Assembly: GCA_003978665.1 (NCBI GenBank) | Contig: QNYQ01000027.1 | Location: 1-52,498 of the forward strand | Length of the DNA: 52,498 bases | Direction of reading: 5' to 3' | Origin: Hyperthermus sp. | GTDB lineage: Archaea; Thermoproteota; Thermoprotei_A; Sulfolobales; Pyrodictiaceae | Part shown: positions 43,852 through 52,492 of the stretch, piece after piece | Numbering within the stretch: the stretch's first letter is position 1 | Layout: every line of letters begins with the position of its first letter | Notes under the pieces: generated by a model | Seen by the model: the letters and a program-made list of their open reading frames with translations, nothing else | Database searches by the model: none | Told to the model about the DNA's origin: nothing | Translations under genes and position numbers: made by a program

Positions 43852-44625
43852 GTGGTTTATGAGCCTGTTCCAGGCGTGGAGATTGTTTCGAGCCTACCAG
43901 CAGTATATGTGCGTGGTATTAACGCTATTGTTGTCGCTGACCTCCACCTAGGCTTTGAGGAGGAGGCTGCCCAGCAGGGCTATTTTCTGCCCCGTATCCA
44001 GCTGTCTAGGGCTAGGGAGGTTCTGCGTGAGGCTATTGACTCTACCGGGGCTGACTGGGTGATTATTGCGGGTGATGTTAAGCATAGTTTTTCCCGTCTC
44101 CTGCCGAGCGAGAGGAGGGAGTTGAAGAGTCTTTTCGAGTTCCTTTCCTCGCGCAGCGTCAAGATCACCGTGGTTAGGGGTAATCACGACAACTACTTGG
44201 TTCTCGTTGCAAGAGACTATAGTGTTGAGCTTGTTGATGAACTCTATGTTGACGGTATACTTATCGTTCACGGTCACCGTAAGCCTCGGGGTAGTTATCC
44301 GGAGCGGTTAAAGGCTGTGATAATGGGCCATGAGCATCCGAGTATAAGGCTTAGGGACAAGCTTGGGTTCATAGCTAAGCTCCCAGCATTCCTCTCAGCG
44401 CCCTACCCCTCCCTTAACACGCGCCTCCTCGTGCTCCCCGCCGTCGGCCAGTACCAGACGGGGACGACCGTCAGCCTCTCGCCCGAGACCTACCTATCCC
44501 CTATACTCCGGGAGGATGTGCCGCTCGCCGAGATCAAGCCCTATGTGCTTGCGGAGGATCTCGGGGTTCTGGAGTTCCCGGAGCTGGGCCTGCTTGAGGA
44601 CTTGCTTGACGAGATAGAGGTGTAA
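43852..44625 (+). CDS. metallophosphoesterase (archaeal SbcD/Mre11-related, MJ0037-like)
   Basis: IVVADLHLGFEEE, IIAGDVKH, VVRGNHD, IVHGH and MGHEHP. GTG 43852 is preferred because ATG 43762 would leave only 9 bp for two divergent promoters. TATAAGA at 43794-43800. Confidence 0.75.
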   Translation: MVYEPVPGVEIVSSLPAVYVRGINAIVVADLHLGFEEEAAQQGYFLPRIQLSRAREVLREAIDSTGADWVIIAGDVKHSFSRLLPSERRELKSLFEFLSSRSVKITVVRGNHDNYLVLVARDYSVELVDELYVDGILIVHGHRKPRGSYPERLKAVIMGHEHPSIRLRDKLGFIAKLPAFLSAPYPSLNTRLLVLPAVGQYQTGTTVSLSPETYLSPILREDVPLAEIKPYVLAEDLGVLEFPELGLLEDLLDEIEV

Positions 44626-44714
44626 TGGGGGGTTTCAGCCGCCTCCTCTAGGGGCGTGGGCGTGTAAGGCTTTAATGTCCTGGCTCCAGCCCCGCATATG
44701 TGAGGCGCTGGTGT

Positions 44715-46727
44715 ATGCGTGAAGTAAAGACTGTTCTTGTTGTTGGAGCAGGCACAATGGGCCATGGTATTGCCGAGGTTGCTGCACTAGCCGGCTATAC
44801 CGTGTACTTGGCCGATATTAGTAGCGATATACTGCGGGGGGCTCTTGAGAAGATACGTTGGAGCCTTGGAAAACTCTACAGTAAGGGTGCTGTACGCGAG
44901 CCTCCCGACAGGGTTATGGAGAGGATCCATACGGTTGTCAACCTGTCTCCGAGCGGTGATTTTACTAGTGGCTTCAGAGAGGTGCTTGGCAGCGTTGATT
45001 TCGTGATAGAGGCTGTGCCGGAGAAGCTCGAGCTTAAGCAGAGGCTTTTCGAGTTCATGGACTCCCATACTGCTGGCGATGTGGTATTGGCCACGAATAC
45101 CAGCAGCCTCCCAATAACCGAGATAGCCTCCGCCACCAAGCTGCCCGAGAGAGTTGTGGGGATGCACTTCTTCAACCCGCCTCCCCTCATGCCGCTTGTG
45201 GAGGTTATTCGTGGAGAGGCCACGAGCGATGATACTGTTGACGCCACAGTCAAGCTTGCAAGAAGCATGGGCAAGGAGCCTGTTATCGTGAAGCGTGATG
45301 TGCCGGGGTTTATAGTCAACAGGGTGTTGGCCAGGATACTCAACGAGGCCTGTTGGACTGTTGCGCGCGGAGAGGCTAGCGTTATTGAAGTAGACTCGGC
45401 TGTAAAGTATAGGCTCGGGTTCCCAATGGGGTTGTTCGAGCTAGCGGACTACAGCGGCATTGACGTGTTCTATTACGTCTTCGACGCAATGACTAGGCGC
45501 GGCTTCAAGGCTCACCCCTGCCCGCTTTTCCGCGAGAAGTTCGAGGCAGGGCTGCTGGGGGTTAAGGCTGGCAGGGGCTTCTACGAGTATCCTGGCCCTG
45601 GGAGGCATGTAAGGCCTAGTATCCCGAAGGAGGCTGGCTCCAAGCTTAATCCGGTCTACCTGATAGCTCCCGGCGTTAATGAGGCAGCCTACCTGGTTCG
45701 TGAGGGCATTGCCGAGAGGGATGACGTGGATAAGGCTACGAGGCTCGGGCTGGGGCTGCCCAAAGGCATACTACGCTATGCTGACGAGTACGGTGTAGAC
45801 ACCATAGTTGATGCTTTGAGGAAGCTTCACGAGAAAACTGGCTGGGAGGAGTATGCTCCAGACCCGCTGCTAGAGTCCATGGTTAGGGAGGGGAGGCTTG
45901 GCGTTAAGGCTGGCAGGGGCTTCTACGAGTATTCTGGTGTTGAGGAGAGGAGGTATGACACGCTCCTGGTTAGGCTTGAGCCTCCCCTGGCCTGGATTGT
46001 GCTGAATAGGCCGGAGAGGCTTAATGCTATAAGCCCTAGGATGCTTGATGAGCTCACGAGGGTTCTGGACGAGCTTGAGGATGATGATCGTGTAAGGGTT
46101 GTACTCGTTACCGGGGCTGGGAGGGCCTTTAGTGCTGGAGCCGATGTCAGCGAGTTCACGTCATTGACCCCCGTTAAGGCGATGGTCTACTCTAGGAGGT
46201 TCCAGGAGGTCTTGTTTAAGCTTGAATACTACACTAGGCCCGTGATAGCCGTATTGAACGGCTACACCCTGGGCGGCGGGCTTGAGCTAGCCATGGCAGC
46301 TGACTTCAGAATAGCCAGCGAGGGGGCCATGCTCGGGCAGCCCGAGATCAACCTGGGCATCATACCCGGCGCCGGGGGGACGCAGCGCCTACCGAGGCTC
46401 ATTGGCAGGAGTAGGGCGAAGGAGCTAATCTACACTGGCGACATGATCCCCGCGAAAGAGGCTGAAGCCCTGGGGCTTGTTGACCGTGTTGTGCCCGCGG
46501 GCCAGCTTGAGCAGGAGGCCAGGCAGTTCGCGTTGAAGCTGGCCGAGAAGCCCCCGCTAGCCCTAATGGCAGCCAAGTACTCTATACAGGCTGGAGTAGA
46601 GGCGAGCATTTGGAGTGGGATGATGCTGGAGAGCAGCCTCTTCGGCCTCCTCTTCAGCACCAAGGATGCTGCCGAAGGCGTGTCAGCTTTCCTTGAGAAG
46701 AGGAGGCCAAGGTTTAGGGGCGTTTAA
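44715..46727 (+). CDS. bifunctional 3-hydroxyacyl-CoA dehydrogenase / enoyl-CoA hydratase (crotonyl-CoA hydratase/3-hydroxybutyryl-CoA dehydrogenase type)
   Basis: N-terminal VLVVGAGTMGHGIA Rossmann fold, duplicated LGVKAGRGFYEY 3HCDH C-domains and a C-terminal crotonase (VVLVTGAGRAFSAGADV, GGGLELAMAADFRIA). The ORF track opens at 44700. Confidence 0.9.
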   Translation: MREVKTVLVVGAGTMGHGIAEVAALAGYTVYLADISSDILRGALEKIRWSLGKLYSKGAVREPPDRVMERIHTVVNLSPSGDFTSGFREVLGSVDFVIEAVPEKLELKQRLFEFMDSHTAGDVVLATNTSSLPITEIASATKLPERVVGMHFFNPPPLMPLVEVIRGEATSDDTVDATVKLARSMGKEPVIVKRDVPGFIVNRVLARILNEACWTVARGEASVIEVDSAVKYRLGFPMGLFELADYSGIDVFYYVFDAMTRRGFKAHPCPLFREKFEAGLLGVKAGRGFYEYPGPGRHVRPSIPKEAGSKLNPVYLIAPGVNEAAYLVREGIAERDDVDKATRLGLGLPKGILRYADEYGVDTIVDALRKLHEKTGWEEYAPDPLLESMVREGRLGVKAGRGFYEYSGVEERRYDTLLVRLEPPLAWIVLNRPERLNAISPRMLDELTRVLDELEDDDRVRVVLVTGAGRAFSAGADVSEFTSLTPVKAMVYSRRFQEVLFKLEYYTRPVIAVLNGYTLGGGLELAMAADFRIASEGAMLGQPEINLGIIPGAGGTQRLPRLIGRSRAKELIYTGDMIPAKEAEALGLVDRVVPAGQLEQEARQFALKLAEKPPLALMAAKYSIQAGVEASIWSGMMLESSLFGLLFSTKDAAEGVSAFLEKRRPRFRGV

Positions 46728-46748
46728 GGTCTCCTTCACCCTTCATCC

Positions 46749-46755
46749 TCTTTTT
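46749..46755 (+). terminator. oligo-T termination signal after the dehydrogenase/hydratase gene
   Basis: TCTTTTT lies 22 nt after the stop. It is followed by the TATA-like TTTATTT at 46773-46779 for the next gene. Confidence 0.4.
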
Positions 46756-46793
46756 CCTTGCCGAGCTAACACTTTATTTCTCCCTCTTACACA

Positions 46794-47363
46794 TTGTATT
46801 ACCTCTGGGGGCCCTGGTTGCCTACCGAGAGCTACAGCGAGGGGAGGGCGGGCTGCAGAGGGCTGCTGACAGAGGCGCTTGTCGAGGGGAGGCTCATAGA
46901 AGTTGAAAGGCACAGCACCGTGATAGAGTTCTATGGTGTTGTTGAGGAGGCTGAGGCCTACCTGGGGAGGGCAAGAGTCCTCCTAGCACCCCTCTACGCT
47001 GAGAGGGTTAGGCTTCTCCAGAAAGCTGTAAGGCTTATAGGAGGTGTTCTCGCCGGCTACATTAAGCCGGGCGACGTAGAGGACCTCCTCAATAGAGCTG
47101 CCGAGGGGCTTGACGAGCCTCGGGGCTGGAGTCTCAGCGGCTGCGATGAGCCAGAATCCCTTCTGGCACTGGCGTCCGTGAAGCTGAGGGCTGCCGAGAG
47201 GCTCGCTAGCAGGATGCACAGTGAGGGCTTGGTGTCAAGGTCTACAACCGAGAGCCTCATAGCCCTGTTGTCGCGCATAGCATACATAACGTTCATGATC
47301 AGGGTCTCGCTGTGCAGGAGGGCTAAGCTCCCGGAGGCTAGGAGCCTGGCGCTGCTCGCGTAG
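46794..47363 (+). CDS. PduO-type cob(I)alamin adenosyltransferase-like protein (N-terminal ATP motif degenerate)
   Basis: IEFYGVVEEAEAYLGRAR and LSGCDEPESLLALASVKLRAAERLA resemble the eaYGxxDELnxxlG and PGGxxxaaxLhxARtvxRRAER segments. The GDxGxT motif is absent. The start is uncertain (TTG 46794 or 46815). Confidence 0.45.
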   Translation: MYYLWGPWLPTESYSEGRAGCRGLLTEALVEGRLIEVERHSTVIEFYGVVEEAEAYLGRARVLLAPLYAERVRLLQKAVRLIGGVLAGYIKPGDVEDLLNRAAEGLDEPRGWSLSGCDEPESLLALASVKLRAAERLASRMHSEGLVSRSTTESLIALLSRIAYITFMIRVSLCRRAKLPEARSLALLA

Positions 47364-47412
47364 AGAGAAACCATTCCCTCGAGGGGCCCGGGGAGGAGAG
47401 ACTGTATCCTTC

Positions 47413-48330
47413 TTGCTTCGCCATGCATGCTCTGGGAAAGGTCTTCGTGTCCTCAGCCCTAAAGCCTTGCCGTCCGGGGATGCGGAGAGTGCGTGGGTGT
47501 TGGAGTGGAAGGAGCCTAGCTGTGCGCCGCGCTTGAAGGAGGAGAAAACTACTCTTCTAGCATCCGCGCTTATCGAGGCCTTTGAGAGACACCTTTCCGA
47601 GTTCTCCAGGCTTGTCCCCGTAGAGGTTGGCCTGGGTAGGAGGTTTAGCTACGTGTACACTGATAGCGGTCATTTAGGGCTGGCTTATGCTCCCCAGGAC
47701 GAGCCTATACCTGCCAAGATCCTTTCGGCTCCCAGTTTGATCGATATTGTACGCTACGCGTGGCAGCATCCCGTGGCCTCGTCCCTGGCTCTTGCAGCTG
47801 CTAATGCAGCCATGTCAGCTTTAATTGATAGGGATAGGGGTGTTGTAAGGTTTGGTGGAGACGTGGTTGAGGAGCTGGGTGTTGGGGCGGGGGATAGAGT
47901 GGCTCTTGTAGGCTACGTGGAGGGGGTGGCCAGCGCGCTTATCGACCGCGGCGCCAGGCTTGTGGTCTACGAGGATAACCCCATGCATAGGAGGTGGGCG
48001 GAGAGGAGCGGGCTCACAGTCCTGCCCGGCTCCCAGATCGTTCTCGGCGTGGAGGACTACGACTACCTCATCGCTACTGGAGCCAGCCTCATAGACCCCA
48101 GGCTTGTCCACGTGCTTCTTGAGGCACGCGGCAAGAAGAGCGTCAGAGCCGCTGTCGTAGGGCCCTCGTCGAGCTTCCACCCCTATGCGGCTGTAAGGCT
48201 GGGCTTCAACGTTATTGCCGGCTCTTATGTTCCGAGAGTGTTTAGGGAGACTGTGCTGAGGCTTGTTAAGGCTGGCTATGGGTTCCGTGCCATTAGGGGG
48301 TTTGTGGAGAAGTGGGTGTGGGGTGGCTGA
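47413..48330 (+). CDS. DUF364/DUF4213 protein (putative heavy-metal chelation Rossmann-like domain)
   Basis: GDRVALVGYVEGVASALIDRGARLVVYEDNP...DYLIATGASLIDPRL...AAVVGPSSSFHP...GFNVIAGSYV matches the family pattern. Confidence 0.65.
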   Translation: MLRHACSGKGLRVLSPKALPSGDAESAWVLEWKEPSCAPRLKEEKTTLLASALIEAFERHLSEFSRLVPVEVGLGRRFSYVYTDSGHLGLAYAPQDEPIPAKILSAPSLIDIVRYAWQHPVASSLALAAANAAMSALIDRDRGVVRFGGDVVEELGVGAGDRVALVGYVEGVASALIDRGARLVVYEDNPMHRRWAERSGLTVLPGSQIVLGVEDYDYLIATGASLIDPRLVHVLLEARGKKSVRAAVVGPSSSFHPYAAVRLGFNVIAGSYVPRVFRETVLRLVKAGYGFRAIRGFVEKWVWGG

Positions 48331-48333
48331 GGC

Positions 48334-48666
48334 TTGTTCGACGAGCTTAAGCGTCTTCTCCGAGACGGGTTCTGCGACAAAGTGGTTGTGGTTGAGGAGT
48401 CTGGGTCGTGTAGCCTCGTGTACTGTGGCGGGAGGCTTCCCCTGCTCTTGGCTCTCGCGAAGTGGAATGAGTGGTTTTATGTTAAGGCTGTTGCCGAGAA
48501 GATTGTTGCAGCCCACATGTGGCATTGCAGCGACATATTCTACAATCCCTACGGAGTATACGTGTTCCGTACGGGAGAAGATGAGGTTGTGGATGCTCTA
48601 AGGGAAAAGGAGAAGTATATCGTCGCGCAGGCTAGGCTCGCCGAGCTTAGGGCTCTGGGCGCTTAG
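48334..48666 (+). CDS. hypothetical protein (110 aa)
   Basis: ORF track. Starts 3 nt after the DUF364 stop. Its end overlaps the convergent 366-aa gene by 4 nt. Confidence 0.4.
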   Translation: MFDELKRLLRDGFCDKVVVVEESGSCSLVYCGGRLPLLLALAKWNEWFYVKAVAEKIVAAHMWHCSDIFYNPYGVYVFRTGEDEVVDALREKEKYIVAQARLAELRALGA

Positions 48667-49763
48667 AGGCTCACCCTGCAGTGCGCCAGCCCCCTCATGC
48701 ACAAGGCTAGTGCAGCGGAGGGATATGCCTGGTTAATGTTCTTCAGCTCTACGATATCGAACACCCTACCCTCAGCCAGCAGTAGCAGTACCTCCTGCTC
48801 CTCCCTGCTCAACGCCTCCTGCTCTATAAAGCTCTCTATCGAAGCTATCATTGCCGCCAGCTCATCCACACCAGTCTTGACCAGGCGCGAGGCGAGGCGG
48901 CTTATGCTCTCCTTAACCTTCTCGGCCTTCTCCAGCTCCTCGCGGGCCCTCCTAACACGCTCCACCAGCTCTATCGAGGACCCAGCATTCCTTAATGCCT
49001 CCAGCTCGTTCTTGGACGCCATCGCATGCGATAACAGCTCGTGCAGTAGTTTGCAAGCTGTGCTAGACCCGTCACCATTACAGTTCGCCAGCGCCTTCGA
49101 CGCCTCGATCACTAGCTGGGAGGACCGCTTGGACAGTATTGCAGCGTCTCCAAGCACCGAGGCTATGTGCTCCAGCGACGCCAGCGCCTCCTTTAGGCTC
49201 GTTTTCTCGGCAAGTGCTGCTGCAAGGGAGATCACGTGGAGCCTCTTGACCCCGACATTCCTCTCTAGCATGACCGAGCTCCTATATATGCTTGCCAGTA
49301 CCTTGCTGAGCCTCTGCCACTCCCTCACCACAGTGTACAGGTTTTCCTCGAGCCCTCCGCCGCCAGCGGCTAGGAGAGCCCTAACTATGTGTGCCAGGGG
49401 GCCAGACGCCTTAACAACCCGGAGGAGGAGTTCGGCCGCGCCCCGCCCCATGCAGCCTATCCTGCCACCGTCCAGCGCGTAGTCGGTGTCTAGAAGCTTC
49501 AGCACATAGTCTTTCGACACGCTCCTACACAGGTTGCCTGCCTCCTCTACAGCGTTATCGAACCTACCTACATCTATGTACTCTAGCAGCCTCTGGGCAA
49601 TAGCCTTGTACCGGGCTACGTCAAGACCTCCCTCACTGATCATGTACTCTACCGCACTAGTTATCTTCTTCAGCTCGTTCAGGCTCCTAGCAGTCGACTC
49701 AGCCTCCCTAACCAATGACTCGTACTGGGCTATCATTCTCGGGAGTAGGAGGGACTGCATCAC
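48663..49763 (-). CDS. all-helical protein (366 aa) with C-terminal winged-helix-like segment; partner of the 910-aa NTPase
   Basis: The GTGATG start overlaps the NTPase TGA. Leu/Ala/Glu-rich helical sequence. C-terminal SREEQEVLLLLAEGRVFDIVELKNINQAYPSAALALCMRGL. Confidence 0.6.
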   Translation of the reverse strand: MMQSLLLPRMIAQYESLVREAESTARSLNELKKITSAVEYMISEGGLDVARYKAIAQRLLEYIDVGRFDNAVEEAGNLCRSVSKDYVLKLLDTDYALDGGRIGCMGRGAAELLLRVVKASGPLAHIVRALLAAGGGGLEENLYTVVREWQRLSKVLASIYRSSVMLERNVGVKRLHVISLAAALAEKTSLKEALASLEHIASVLGDAAILSKRSSQLVIEASKALANCNGDGSSTACKLLHELLSHAMASKNELEALRNAGSSIELVERVRRAREELEKAEKVKESISRLASRLVKTGVDELAAMIASIESFIEQEALSREEQEVLLLLAEGRVFDIVELKNINQAYPSAALALCMRGLAHCRVSL

Positions 49764-52492
49764 AATCCTTCACCCCCTATGAGGGCCTCCTCCCTGGCAT
49801 CATACCTGGACTCTTCTATGCCGAAGAGGCCTGCTATGCGCGCAGTGATCATCTTCTTCTCCTCCTCTATAGACTCTATCATGTGGAGGCTATCAGACAT
49901 CCCCGTAAGCCTGCCTAGTAGCCCTATCGCATTCTCCAGGTACTTCTCCAGGCTTGCGAGATCCCTCATTGACGCCACGTCTGCGCGAAGAGCCTTCTCG
50001 AGCTCATCCCTCACCTTGGCCGGGAGGGGGTCTGCTGCATCGTGCACCTGCCTATACAGCTTCGCGATCCTATCAAGCCTCTCCTCAAGCCTTATCAAGA
50101 GCTCTTCTAGCGCGTCCTCGTTAACAACCGGAAGGATTGCCGGGAGAGACTCTGAGAGTACCTCTAAGAGTTTGCTGAGCTTTTCGAGGGAGCCTACCCG
50201 GGGCATACCAGTAATCATCTCCGATATTCTCCTCAGCCTGGCCAGCATGCTCTCCCCATCCTCACCGCTACCCTTTAGGCCGAGCAGCATGTCTAGCAGC
50301 TGAAGCCCGCTCGTCGCCTCACACCCCTCTAGCAGGCTTTGGAGGCGGGGCAGCTGGTCCAGCACACCCGCTATCGCGTCCTTTACCTCCTCTAGCACGG
50401 CGCGCTTAACGACGATCTCTCTTGCCGGCTTCACGCCAGTCACAGCCGATATTTCACGTATGAGCTTCTGGACTGTGGGTATTGTGTTCTTCAAGCTCTC
50501 GATCTCGGCCTCCAGGGCTTCCTCTCCCTTAGATGCCACGCTGCCTATTCTCTCGGCGAGGGCGGAGGGGATGGGCTGCTCCATCCTGGACAGTGTAGCC
50601 CGGAGCCTATCCAATACGCTGGTGTTATGTGACATGGCGTCCAGGATGACGCTCTTCAACATGTCCGTGTATATTTGGATGCTCCTCTTCTCGCTAGACC
50701 CCAGGTTCTCAGGCATGCAGCCGTGAAGCCCTATTGTTAGAGCGTAGAGGAGGGCGTAAGTGAACAGGCTTAGCCTCTGCCCCATAGCCACTATCGGCAC
50801 GCCGAGTGATTCGAGAGCCTTGGATATCGATGCCCCTATCCTAGCGTCCTCCCTCACGGCAGGGAGGAGGACAATGGTCTTCTCCCCGGAGACAGCACGG
50901 CACGCCGCTACACGTGCAACATGGTGCAGTAGGGGAGGTGAGGCTATTAGAATGCTAATCCCCCTCCGCTCCTCTATAGTGTTGAGGCCTAGGAAGCCCT
51001 TAACCCTCTCCCAGTGCTCGGCCAGCTCCTCGGGGGATAGGTCGTCAACAACCCTTGAAACCTGGTCTACACCAGCCTTCCTCGCGCATCCCACCAGCGG
51101 GCTGCTTCCAGCGATAGGGTATATTCTCGTGAGCATGCCGGGCTTGAGATACACTACTGGCTCCTCTAGCCTAAAAGGCTCCGGCGCGATAATGTCTGGG
51201 TTCAATGACTCAAGAATCCTTGCAACATTAGGGTCGTCGCCATAGATCTCGCGTGACACGTCAGCAGCTATAGTGAAGAGCTCGCGGAGGAGCTGAGGAT
51301 CATAGGGTAGCACACCCCCATTCTCGTAGGCAGACACCACGTACTCCAGTACTGTCAAGGCACGCTCAACAGACTGGCCGCTCACATTCCATATCCTTGC
51401 AGCCTTCTCCATCCACGAAGCAGCAGCGTCAACGAGCTCACTACTCCTAAGCCCCAGCCTCGTGACCCCGGTGACGGGCCCGGACCCGACCATTATACCG
51501 CCGCCGACGAGCCTCTCAACAATACTCAGCGGGACGGGGCCCGGCAGCACTGCTAGTATGGGGGCAATCTTAGGGTCATCAATAAACCTCTTAACGTCAC
51601 GGTAGCCCTGCCTGTCGAAGAGGGGAATACCCTCCACAATCTCCCTTGTGAGAGCCTCCTCGCCAAGCAGGAACGCCTCAACCCTCTCGACACCAGACTT
51701 GAAAGCATCCATCAACCCGGGCACAATACTGTCAACCATCAACTTAACCCATGCAACCCTACCCTTAGAAGCCCACCACACCATGTTGGCTACAAGGCCT
51801 CTGAGAGCAGGATCGTCTACAAGCCCCTCAAGCTGCCCCTCAATAATATTCTTGGGGAGGAGAGGAATAGTGTAAACCCTACTACGCCACGCAACAGGCC
51901 CGAACACAGCCTCCTTAAGGGTGGAGGACGGGCCCAGCGCGAGAACCACGTAGACCGGTATGGAACGAGTACGAATAGCCTCTGCAAGCCCGCGGAGGGG
52001 GCTAGTCTCGTGCTCCACTATGCCACGGAAAACATCATAGCTCTCCTCAACCTCGTCAATAAGCAATACCACCACACCGTTAACAGCCCCAAGCCTAGAC
52101 TCAACAAACTCGCGTACAACCTGAGGAAGCCTAGACTCGTGAATAGAACCATAACGCTCCAGAATAAAGTCAACAATATCAGCAAATTCAACCCTAAGCA
52201 CAGCCACGCCAAGCCTACTCCGAGAAAACCATTCAAGATGCCTCAATAAAGCCGTCTTACCACTACCATACGATGCAACCACAACAGCCATCCAATACTC
52301 GCTAGCAGAGCCCTCAACATAGCTGCGTATAAGCCCCTCGACCTCACTCCTAACCCTGGCATGCTCACCGCTATAATCACACCATCCCGACTCGAAACAC
52401 TGAATGCCAGAAGCAGTATCCATACCCCGGCTCCCAACGTGAACCTTAACAAGAAAGAGGCAATATAGTGGCAGAAAAACCCTCAGACCCAT
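49760..52492 (-). CDS. large P-loop NTPase (910 aa; ORC/Cdc6-, archaeal-ATPase- or BrxD/DUF2791-like core plus long helical C-terminal region)
   Basis: Walker A ASYGSGKT is encoded at 52253-52276. Walker B is VVVLLIDEVEE. Possible alternative start ATG 52423 (MDTASG). The gene begins 6 nt from the window edge. Confidence 0.75.
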   Translation of the reverse strand: MGLRVFLPLYCLFLVKVHVGSRGMDTASGIQCFESGWCDYSGEHARVRSEVEGLIRSYVEGSASEYWMAVVVASYGSGKTALLRHLEWFSRSRLGVAVLRVEFADIVDFILERYGSIHESRLPQVVREFVESRLGAVNGVVVLLIDEVEESYDVFRGIVEHETSPLRGLAEAIRTRSIPVYVVLALGPSSTLKEAVFGPVAWRSRVYTIPLLPKNIIEGQLEGLVDDPALRGLVANMVWWASKGRVAWVKLMVDSIVPGLMDAFKSGVERVEAFLLGEEALTREIVEGIPLFDRQGYRDVKRFIDDPKIAPILAVLPGPVPLSIVERLVGGGIMVGSGPVTGVTRLGLRSSELVDAAASWMEKAARIWNVSGQSVERALTVLEYVVSAYENGGVLPYDPQLLRELFTIAADVSREIYGDDPNVARILESLNPDIIAPEPFRLEEPVVYLKPGMLTRIYPIAGSSPLVGCARKAGVDQVSRVVDDLSPEELAEHWERVKGFLGLNTIEERRGISILIASPPLLHHVARVAACRAVSGEKTIVLLPAVREDARIGASISKALESLGVPIVAMGQRLSLFTYALLYALTIGLHGCMPENLGSSEKRSIQIYTDMLKSVILDAMSHNTSVLDRLRATLSRMEQPIPSALAERIGSVASKGEEALEAEIESLKNTIPTVQKLIREISAVTGVKPAREIVVKRAVLEEVKDAIAGVLDQLPRLQSLLEGCEATSGLQLLDMLLGLKGSGEDGESMLARLRRISEMITGMPRVGSLEKLSKLLEVLSESLPAILPVVNEDALEELLIRLEERLDRIAKLYRQVHDAADPLPAKVRDELEKALRADVASMRDLASLEKYLENAIGLLGRLTGMSDSLHMIESIEEEKKMITARIAGLFGIEESRYDAREEALIGGEGL

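Noticed and set aside
45561-45932. 30-bp exact repeat gttaaggctggcaggggcttctacgagtat at 45561-45590 and 45903-45932
   Set aside because: It is explained by the duplicated 3-hydroxyacyl-CoA dehydrogenase C-terminal domain (LGVKAGRGFYEY twice) within one gene. It is not a mobile or regulatory repeat.
47821-48525. 234-aa minus-strand ORF opposite the DUF364 gene
   Set aside because: The DUF364 motifs on the plus strand are clear, and the antisense ORF is low-complexity.
48697-50303. Ser-rich plus-strand ORFs (261 aa and 174 aa) opposite the 366-aa and 910-aa genes
   Set aside because: An extreme Ser/Ala/Leu bias is what an antisense reading of Leu/Glu/Ala-rich helical genes produces. No motifs.
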